A stretch of 64,000 nucleotides of DNA, from contig NW_024704743.1 in the NCBI RefSeq assembly GCF_018977255.1, forward strand, positions 33,978,001 to 34,042,000. The letters run 5' to 3'. The DNA comes from Callorhinchus milii (taxonomy: Eukaryota). The notes under the pieces are model-generated. The model saw only the letters and a program-made list of their open reading frames with translations, did no database searches and had not been told where the DNA came from. Positions 41,560 through 51,500 of this stretch are shown piece by piece. A program made the translations under genes and the position numbers. The stretch's first letter is position 1. Each line of letters begins with the position of its first letter.

Positions 41560-41860
41560 ACAGTCAGCGAAGTGCACAGACAACGCCGCCCCGGGAGGGA
41601 GTCCGTGTGAACTCCGGCACATGAGCCACGGCGAGAGCGGGCAGCCCGGGCCCTGAGCCGCGGGGGGGGGCGAGGAGGAGCCCACTGCCCCGCACTGACT
41701 GACCCGAGTGCCGCCCGGCCGGGCCCGCGGGGGCGAGGCGGGGGGGAGGCCAGGCGCCGCCGCCGCCATGCTCTGCTTTGTGACCAGGCCCGACTCGGTG
41801 GTGATGGAGGTGGAGGTGGACCCGAAGGCGAATGGAGCCGATTGTCTGAGCCAGGTACTG
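41560..41860 (+). promoter_or_regulatory. CpG island / probable 5'UTR of MYLIP exon 1
   Basis: Dense CpG, ending in gccgccgccATG Kozak context at 41768. Confidence 0.75.
41768..41854 (+). CDS. MYLIP: MYLIP/IDOL coding exon 1 (87 nt; aa 1-29)
   Basis: [29 protein letters not shown]; donor cag|gtact. Confidence 0.96.
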
Positions 41861-42425
41861 GGGGGGGGGGGGGGGCGGGGGGGACTGGGGGGGGGAGACT
41901 GGGGGGGGAGAGGGGCCGGTTGGGGGGGAGAGAGACGGGGGGGGGGGGGGGGGGGTGGTGTTAGAGACCCGGGTGGGGGGGTGAGAGACCGGGTGGGGGG
42001 GGGGGGGAGGGGGGGAGAAAGACCCGGGGGGGGAGGGGGGAGTTACCCGGGTGGGGGGGGAGAGACCCGGGGGGGGGGGGGGGGGGGGAGAGAGACCCGG
42101 GTGGGGGGTGAGGGTGAGAGAGACCCGGTGGGGGAGGGGGGGGGAGAGACCCGGGTGGGGGTGTTAGAGACCCGGGGGGGGGGGGGGGGTGTTAGAGACC
42201 CGGGGTGGGGGGGTGAGAGACCGGGTGGGGGGGGGGGGGGGAGGGTGAGAAAGACCCGGTGGGGGGGGGGGAGAGAGACCCGGGAGGGGGGTGAGGGTGA
42301 GAGAGACCCGGTGGGGGGAGGGGGGGGAGAGACCCGGTTGGGGGGAGACAGACCCGGGGGGCTGAGAGTGACCCGGGGGGCGGGCGGGCGGGAGTGAGAC
42401 ACGGTGGGAGGGGGGAGACCCGGGG
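41860..42425 (+). repeat. G-run minisatellite (Gn-agagacccgg) at the start of intron 1
   Basis: Repeated gagacccgg units separated by long G tracts. Confidence 0.9.
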
Positions 42426-43744
42426 CAGAGTGGCCGGGTGAGGGGAAGAGAGGCAGATACCCACAAGGAGAGGGAGACCCAGAGATTTTTTTAGGGGTCG
42501 GCCGGGAGTCTGACACGTGCGGAAACCCGTTGCCAAACCAAACCAAACCAAACCGAGCCGAGAATTTCATGCATCCCACCTATACACGGAAATCCCGGAG
42601 ATAGACTCTGGAAGTAAGGAGAACCGGAGAGACCCACGGAGTGTAAGAGAGAGAGAGAGAGGCAATGTAGTGGAGCACTTTGAAAGATCACGTCAGCAAG
42701 GGGTAAAGGAAGGAAGAGGTGACCAAAGATGTGGTCAGCGGTAGTTTTTTCGGGGTAGATTTAAAAAAAACGGGACAGGACGGGAGATGGAGGAGTAGAG
42801 AAAGGGAATTCCGAAGGTTAGTGGGTTGCTGCTGAAAGCTCGGCCATTGATGGTGCGGATGCACCGCTCTGCGGATGTACAATAACCCCAAGTTAGCTCA
42901 CTGGGAGGGCGAGCAGATGGGTAAATTGGAAGATCACAGATCTAAGGAGGTGCTCGGGCTTGAAGGGTGTGAGGAGAGAATCTGGGAAAATGGGTGAGAG
43001 GTGTAAGCAGAAGAGTGGAGTAGGAGGAGAGCGCAGAGCTAGAGAGTGCTGGGGGCTCGAAGGGATTTATTGGATTTTTTTGGTCAGCAATGTTTGACAC
43101 ATGAGGAAACCCATCACCATGCTTAAGAGTGTACAAACGAGACGAGAGTTCCACATATGTCTCCTAAATGTGGTACTTTCTCTGTCTGGAATTTACACTC
43201 TGTGGAGGGACATACCTTGCGCACCTAATTTTGAAGACTATTGGGTGCAGGTTGGCAAGAGTAAAGGTTTAGAGATCCTAAAATGTGTTGCAATACAGCT
43301 GGAGTTTAACCAGCTAAAATCACAGAGTTTGCTGGCAAGCTTCCTGCTGCTTATCCAGCTAAGACCACTACCCATTAGGGCTTTGGTTTGCAGGGTTAAC
43401 GGGAGCTGCATGGGAAGAATCCGTGCCTTCCAGTGAGGGGCTGCTCCTCCATGTCCTGCTGATAAGCCAGGCTGACTGATGAGATGGGGACGCATCTGGC
43501 TGAGGACTACTGAAACCACCACAGACCGTTGACTCGATTCTGATATTCTGTTTGTTACCAAGCATGTCACCTTGGAGCCAGTTTAGCTGCTTACCTCCCC
43601 CTGGGACGTCCTTCCGACGTGAAAGGCGCTCTATAAATGGAATCTTGTTGTTGTAGTAGATTTATAGGAGAGAGAGTCAGGGGAAAAGGGGGGTGGGTAA
43701 CATTAAATGTGACGTTTACAGGTATTATAATGTTTTCTTTGTAT

Positions 43745-43976
43745 TCTCCCATGGCATTATTGGAAAATAGAAGGGAATTTCTCCTGGTGTCATGGCCAAT
43801 AATCCCCTCAGATGAAATTGGTTATTTTCTTCACGGCTGTTTGTAGGACTATTGTGCGTAAATTGGCTGCTGCGTGCACCTACAGATACAGTCACTACAA
43901 TCTATAGTAATCTTGTGAAGTGCCTTGAGACATTTTGAGGCGGTAAGGTACAACATCAAATGCAAGGATTATTATT
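43745..43976 (+). mobile_element. Deu-domain SINE 3' part, ending just upstream of the exon 2 acceptor
   Basis: cccatggcattatt..ctcctggtgtcatggccaat..aattggctgctgcg..tcaaatgcaaggattattatt. Confidence 0.75.
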
Positions 43977-44002
43977 CTCATTATTTATTATCTCTCCCTC
44001 AG

Positions 44003-44193
44003 GTTTGTCAAAGGCTCGGTATTATAGAAGAAGACTATTTCGGACTGCAGTACTCCGCTAACAAAGGAGAGACTCTGTGGCTCAATCTGAGGAACCGCAT
44101 CTCACAGCAGATCGACGGGCTACCTCCCTATCGATTCAAACTCAGAGTCAAATTTTTTGTAGAGCCCCATCTCCTACTTCAGGAACAAACAAG
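44003..44193 (+). CDS. MYLIP: MYLIP coding exon 2 (191 nt; FERM F1)
   Basis: ccctcag|[36 protein letters not shown]...[17 protein letters not shown]|gtaatg. Confidence 0.97.
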
Positions 44194-44379
44194 GTAATGA
44201 GCTAAATTTTAATTGGAGGGAAGGGGGTAGTTGGGGTGGGGGAGTTCACTGTAATGAAGTGCAGATGATTAGGGCTAAGGATAACCCTTAAACAAACTTC
44301 TAACCTTTGTTTCTACTTTCTGCACATGCTCCAAAATCTGGAAGTGATTCAGCAGCTGTATTTTGTTGTTCAGAATGAC

Positions 44380-44395
44380 TGACCGATAGTAACCC
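44380..44395 (-). promoter_or_regulatory. LXR response element (DR4) GGGTTA-ctat-CGGTCA
   Basis: The + strand reads TGACCGATAGTAACCC, in intron 2 of a gene that is a known LXR target in mammals. Confidence 0.7.
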
Positions 44396-45051
44396 TGTTC
44401 CACAGTGTTATTACAGGTCACTGTGTCAGACTTGTGCTGAGTAGAAACTATCCCTCCCCCAAGACTGAGAATACTCCTGCTAGGGTCTTAGTGCCCAGGG
44501 GCGCCCTCCATCCTAGCACAGTTAATCAGTATGTATTTCCTTCCCTTGTAAGATGCAGCTGGTGCAGGAAGAATTCTGACTATTTATGCTAGCTTGTCTA
44601 ATTTGTACCAACTTGCATATGAATAAAATCTCAATTTTTTTCCCCACATATGTAAAAATGATTATCAGCATTTAATTCTTGGATTTGATCAATCTGCTAC
44701 TAAGAAGCTTACACCAAGAGGTATTTTATCCAATGGATAAATGGAGGAAAGGTCAGATGGCATATCTTAGAGAGTATTGATGCCTGTGATTTCCAGCAAC
44801 ATCTGTAAACTGAGTGGAAATTTAAAGTTGGCTTTTTACATTCTTGCCAGAAGTGCAGATTACATTTTACAAAAAGTTAATTGTTGACACATCGCAGTCT
44901 TTACATGGAGCTAAAAGCAGCCAGAAGTGAGTGGCCATATCTAAAACTCTCTTTGGATTAATGAGAATTTGCTGCATTGTTGTTTGTTTCTAAAAACCTG
45001 TAGATTGAAACAGATTGAGCTGTTGCCAGTTCACGAAACTGTTTTTCTGTT

Positions 45052-45405
45052 TTGATGAACTGAATTGATAGAATGTTAACCAGTTCGCTAGTGGTTAACT
45101 ATCTATGCGTGGAATTCATTTTCACAAACTGACTAGTTTGATGGGAGAGTCATGAGATCTTAGTTGAGCTAATAAAGCAAATCAGCCTCTCTTGGTCTCT
45201 TGCTGGTTCTCAGTTTGTTCTCTTTAACTGACTTGGGTTCAGAAGGCTAAAGTTCCCCCTAAACTGGCTCAAACAAACATCCTCAAGTTGACTGTGGTGC
45301 TAATCCCATCTCCCCTCAAACTAGGCAGTTTGTGAAAACGCATTCCACGCATAGATAGTTAACCACTAGCGAACTGGTTAACATTCTGTCAATCCAATTC
45401 ATCAA
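45052..45405. repeat. 97-bp inverted repeat (arms 45052-45148 and 45309-45405; 160-bp spacer)
   Basis: Arms align with 7 mismatches by eye. Confidence 0.9.
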
Positions 45406-46806
45406 TAGGTCTATTGAGTCTTTTCTCTGGAAGTGATGCTTCCAAATTTGTGCTTGTGCCAAAGACTCGTGGCTACGAGGAACTGAATGAATGAAAAGGC
45501 CTGAATCCTGAATTTATGTGCTGAAACTCCTGAATTTGCGTTGGGTTTGAACTGGGTTCTACATGTAACCTATAGTGTAATCTATAGTCTGAGACTCTGT
45601 GTGTTTATTCTTTGGCCTAGTTTGATTTCTAGTTATCCCCAAGAAACTCCTATCAAGTAATCCAGGCCTTGAAAGTGGATGTTGTGCTCATTTCAAAAAC
45701 AAATTGCTGAACATGATGTTGTGTACATTGTGTCCCGCACCGTTTCAATTGTGTGAGATACTCTGACACATGGGTCAGTGTTCTGGCTACTCTTCACACT
45801 CTGAATAAAACAGCTTTCCATAGAATTAGGAGCCTTTTAAAATATCATTGAGTCTGAGACTTTGTGGCTTTGTGTGTCTGACAGTAGTTCTACATTGTGA
45901 AAGTGAGTTTAGCAATTTGTTGTTGCTTTAAACTAATTTGGATATACTGTAAGTGACCCCCCACCACCACCACCTTTCATTTCTCCACATAGGTAACTGC
46001 AACAAATTTTATTTTGTATTTGGGACTTCAGTCTCCAGTTGTTAGCAAACGTTTAGAATTTGACCAGAGTTGCTGTTTTGACAATAATTGTCGCTGAGCC
46101 TGTTAGTTGTAGCAAAGCATCTTTTTTGTAGCTGATATTTGAAAGTGCTTTACTTCCAAGTAATGCCGGCGTGTGGAATCGGCAATTCAGTTAAACGTCT
46201 GTTGCTGCTTTTCCAGACACTCAATATTTCTGTTGGCTTTAAAGTGGGCTAAATCAGCAAGCTGTTTTTCTGCTGAAGGGGGTTTTAGCTTTTTAAAACT
46301 CTCATTTCCCTTGCCTTGCATTTGATTGTTAATGCCTCCGTGCTTCAAATGGAGAATGTGTTTGTTGTAGATGGCCACAGCCCAGGGCAGTTTGTCCAAC
46401 AGTTACCACTTTGTTTCTGCAGGATATTTCAGATTTTTAAATGAGATTGTAGATGAATTATACACAGGCATTATTCACGGCTTTCCGAAAAGTGCATTGC
46501 TTTCCTGTTAATATAGTCATTTGTTTACTTTATTTTATGCTGCAGCTTTTGTGTATGGTAGTTCATTTCATACTGTGTACACATTGTGGCTGCATTCCAA
46601 GTTTTGGTTGTTCTGCATTTCTTTAATTATTTTATTATAGTGGCTGGTCTGCTACCATGAATTATCTATAATTAATTTACGTGGGTAATTGTACACCAAT
46701 TTTTAAACTTAATTAAAAATACAGAGGAACATTGAAGGTGGTTTTATGACGCTTGGTGCTTGGATGTAATTCTGGCTGCTGTGTTTTTAGTGCTTTATGA
46801 ATTCAT

Positions 46807-46822
46807 TGACCGCTGGTAACCT
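46807..46822 (-). promoter_or_regulatory. LXR response element (DR4) AGGTTA-ccag-CGGTCA
   Basis: The + strand reads TGACCGCTGGTAACCT. Confidence 0.65.
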
Positions 46823-49800
46823 CTGACTAATAGGCATGTGGTATGTAGAATGTCTTCAAAACCACAATGCTGAAACCTGGCCAGCACAGTCAAAGGGAAC
46901 CTTCACCATTGGTTGCTTCTGTTTCGAGGCAAACTTTTCTTCCCCCTTCCCACCACCACCCCGCGTAGATTGCTTTTCATTTCAGCTCAAACTTCAGGAG
47001 AAAAGGCATTGTCCCCAATAACCCTTCATATCCGTGCTCTGTTTAGTTTGGAAACTACAGATCCTAACTTTCTACTTACTTAAGAGAATAATATCGAAGC
47101 ATGTAATGTTTCTTTGTTGCTACTGTTTGACAAATAGGATCCTAAATGTCATACTTTACAACTTTGGCCATTTGTTTTTACAGGAAACGGTCACAGGTTC
47201 CATTTCTTTAATTTGACACAAACTGCAGATTTAAGTTTTGGCTGTTTACTGAGAATATTTATGCAACTTAAAATGATCAATTGTATATATTACAGTTACA
47301 TCTTGCATACAATTTTTATCACTCTGTTGTCCTGTTCAGAAGTCAAATTAGCAGCATACCTTGGGATATTAGCCTCATATGAACTTGAATGTAAAGGTTC
47401 AAACTTGTTGTGAGCTGTTCTGATGTTTTGCTCTGATGTAGGCATTTTTCCCCTAACTGTGACAGGCAGGAAAGGAAGTCTGTTATGCGATTTCTGCCAC
47501 TGCTGTTTTTTTCCATCTGCACTAATAATGAGAAAAATGCTAGATTTATAACTTAAATTCCCGGCTCCTCCGGACACACACGGCGTGTCTTTGGTTAGTG
47601 CCTCCCTTCAAACCTATCTGAGGTGAGAAAATTTTTGTTATTGTGCCACATCTTGCTGCGTTTCCTGGAGCACAGCTTCCTCTTTTGAGCTGCCTCTACT
47701 TTTAAGTTCCAACGACCCAATTAAGACTGACTGGTCTCTCAGCTCAGTTACTATACAGTGCCCTATTCCACTGAATAGCACAAACATATTTCTGCAGGGA
47801 AATCCAGATTGTCTTTTGATGTACTACATTATTTCGTCGAATAGTTACTCTTCAAACATTTTGTTCCAGGTCGTGGCATTAAAGCTGTTCAAGTCCTTGG
47901 TGATTAAATAGCCACTATCTGATTGCTCAGAACTGTTTGCAGGAATCCTTAAATATCTAAAGGATTCTTTGAAGTAGGGTTGCAATGTTCTATTGTGTTA
48001 TCTAAATTTCTTCTGGAGCTATCTACTGGAAGTACGCTAAGGTTCAATCTTGACATTTTTTTAAACTGGAAATATCAGGCAATGTGGGTGGCTGTACACT
48101 AGTTACTCAAAGTTATAACCATTCTCCAAAATTCTACACTAAAATAACCCAGTCCAAAATATTATAATGCCCTACCTATGGACTATGGCACTTAAAGCCT
48201 TTGTGTGCAGCAGACTCCAACATGACTAAATTAAATAATTTTCATATTCCATACCTTCCTAGTAGAGGGATGTTATTTGTCATAAAGATAATAACTCCTT
48301 TATAAAACATAAATAATGTTTTAAAGAATAAATTCTGTTATGGTTATCATAACTCTTTATTACTACAGAATATCCAGGCCATCACCCAGAGATCGAGGAT
48401 CTGGGCGATTGACAAATGCTTTTGGATGTCCTCATGGCATGAAAGGTGCTATACGAACGTAAATTGCATTGTATAAAGAGGGGACAAAGATCCATTGAGG
48501 TCCTTCATAAAACCCGCAGTCTTGCATGCTTGTTATTTGTACATTGTAGTACAGTATTACTTTGTTTAAATGAAGCTCTGAAAATGCAGGGCTCAATTGC
48601 AAATACATGGCCTTTGTCGAGTGGCTAGACTGTTTGATTTTATTGAATTGTTTTTAAATACAACTTTTTAGCTTTATGTGATTGTTTTTATATTAGAAAC
48701 ACTGAACTGTGTAGAAAAACAGTTTCTGTAGACCATTGTGTAATGAAATGAATCTGTGGTTAGCAGGATAGAAAAAAACAAGTATTATTGATACTGCATT
48801 CTTAGCCAATGACTTATCCAAACCCTGAACAAGCGTGGGGAGAGACTATTTCCCAATGGCATGTGATATGTGCTGCACCCTGAAGTCTCTCTCTCTCTCT
48901 GGAGCAGCAAACTGCCACTCAGCTCCGGGCCCTGCCCTTTGCATAGGGAACTGAGTCTAGGAGAAAACAACTGTGCGTGCTTGGCTTTTAGTGTTTTCCT
49001 GTGGAAACCTAACATTTGGGGCCCCACTAGCTTTAAGCTGATGATCCATTTAAAGGGTTGCACAATAAACCTTGCTTTATCATGGCTAAATTTATACATT
49101 AACATTTTTGAAGTTACAAGACAACCAACTGGGCAGACCAACAAAATTCACAATGTGTTCTGCTTGCGAGTTGAATTGTATTTTACTGCTAATGACCTTT
49201 TTCAGTTTACACTCCTGTTTCTGTAAAAAGAAATTGAGAATTTATTTCCTAAACTGTCCAATGAAGCACAGCTGGTAGTGACAATATAAAAATAGTTTTC
49301 CACTCTGGTTCTGATCTGCTGTTTGGAGACCCTTGATCAGCATTGTTCTGTTGTATACTATGGATAAATTTCCTCCAATGCTGTTGTGCTGTGCCACTTT
49401 GCAATTTACTTCAACTGGGCAAATTCTGACGAGTTCCTCCCGGCAGCACTTTTCCTAATCCAGAATGAGTTGTGCGTGTGCTCAAGTGTGCCCTGTTCAC
49501 GAACAAGCTTCACTTGCTGAGAGCTTTGGAAGAGGGAAGCAAGTGACACACATGAGCTACACTCTTACATATGATACAATTCATCAGTGTTTCATCCTGC
49601 GGTCTGGATAATGGCTCGGCAGTCCGGGAACTGACCTTGGTCTGCCAATTTCATGCTTCTGTTTCAAATTGCTTGGCATTGAAATATGCTATGTTATCAG
49701 TTGTTGATTTCTCAACTGAACAGGTTACAACTAGTTTGTTTTTTCGTTTGAACTCTTAGAAAAGGGGAATCCCATGTTTTGGTCAGATGGTTAAGAAAAA

Positions 49801-49914
49801 TCATGCCAAATTCAAGGCACTGCGCTGACTGATCTGTCTGTGTTTAACCCGTGTGTGACTTGAAAGCGAATGTCTTTGGTGACTGCAACCGTGCAAAATT
49901 GTAAGACTGCAAAA

Positions 49915-50222
49915 CAGCAACAACATTACATTTGTAAAGCTGTAAAGCGCCTTTCATGTCGGGAGGATGTCCCAAGGCACTGAACAGTCGGGGATCAGGA
50001 CCCGAGCGTGGGGGTGCAGGGTTGGGGTGAGGGAGGGCAGAGAGGGTAGAAGGGTAGCTGAAGGCATGGTCGAACAGGAGGGTCTTCAGTGGTACTTTGG
50101 AGGAGGCAAGGGAGGAAGCAAAGCGAAGGGATTCTGGGATGGAGTTCCAAAGGGTGGGGGCAGAGTGGCTGAATGCCCGGCCGCAGGTGGAAGGGAGGGT
50201 CGGTTGGGGGACGTGGAGCAGG
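49915..50222 (-). mobile_element. L2 3' end fragment
   Basis: (CAA)n, then gcgcctttcatgtcgggaggatgtcccaaggc, then L2 3' body. Confidence 0.8.
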
Positions 50223-50225
50223 CCT

Positions 50226-51500
50226 AGTTCGATTCGTGACAGGGCGAAACATTGGGCAAGTTTCCTTACTCCACACTCCTCGATTCACTTAACAATAAAT
50301 AGGAACCTGGTTATTAGTTGATTGGCAGTGTTGGGTTCAGGGCAATGAACAGAATAAGACCCACTTATTCTATTCAGCCCACTTTTAATAAAGGACCTGA
50401 GAACCGAGGAACCAAAGACACTCAGCAACTTATGTTTGAAAATTTCTTAATATGAAATGCAAAGTTTGTTAGTTCAAATATCACAATACATCAGGCAGCT
50501 CAATAGCATAGACAAATGTTTGTATCAAAGTAAGTAACAATAATTGCTTAGTCCATAAGTCATACGAATCTTTGATGGAGTAAGTTGATAGAAGTCCTGA
50601 ACAGCAGGCAAAAGTCTTGCAACAGACGAAAAAGTCTCTTGCTTCAGACCCGAAACCTCTTGCTTGGGTATTTTGATCAAAAAATCAAAGTTGATGATGG
50701 ACAGCTGGACTGTGCACTGTATTTCGACAGTTGTTATACGTTGTTAATTCTTCTCGTCCCAATTACCTTTCAATCAATTTCAGACATCCTGGAATTTTTG
50801 CAGTTTCCTTCTTCCTGAAATTGCTGGAGTTAACAAAAGTTGATGAAACAATGGAAACAGTCTTAAGTCTGACAGATTTTAACCCTGAAGACAACACATT
50901 TGCTTCACCACTTCGTATCTTCACATGAAAAGATTCCTCTTGTGTGGATAGCACCTGATATGCTCTGTCCGAGGCTGAACAAATTATAGTTCAACCATAT
51001 CTTTGATAAGATTGCAAAATCTTTCCATTAACATGTCCTTGAAGCAATTATCTCACACCTGCTGAATTGTTATTATTAGTGTCATAGAAGAACATTTTAT
51101 TCAGCTATAATCTGCAGAATTGTTATGAAGCTTGAATTGTTACAGAGAACATCTTTAACATACTTCAGCTGTGATAAACAAGTCATCTTGACATTTTTCT
51201 AGTCTACCTAAGCATTTTTAACTAAGTGAAGTAAGATAGAGCTTTCGACTACATGGTTAACATATTAACAATTTCAGTAATGAAGTGGGATCACAACAGC
51301 GGATCATTTTTCCGGAGAAATAATTCTTTAAAAAAATACTAAATTGGTCACTGAATCTACAACTGTTTGTGGGACACTGCTGTGCGCAATTGGCTGCTGG
51401 TTTCACCCACAAAATCTAGGCAATTCACTTTACAGTATATTCTGTGTAGCATCTCGAAGATGGATAAGGTGCTATACCAAATGCAAGGATTATTATTATT
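50226..51500 (+). mobile_element. Young SINE split in two (50226-50328 and 51299-51500) by an insertion
   Basis: ..ttagttgattggcag | gcggatcatttttccgg.. rejoins the family sequence gattggcggatcgcttttcc. Confidence 0.8.
50329..51298. mobile_element. 970-bp putative solo LTR (TGTTG...CAACA) with 4-bp target-site duplication
   Basis: TG..CA termini with short inverted ends; flanks GCAG and GCGG. Confidence 0.7.

Noticed and set aside
41708..42397. 229-aa ORF as a single-exon or N-extended protein
   Set aside because: It starts at a GTG and reads through the exon 1 donor into the G-rich repeat; the supported coding part is 41768-41854.
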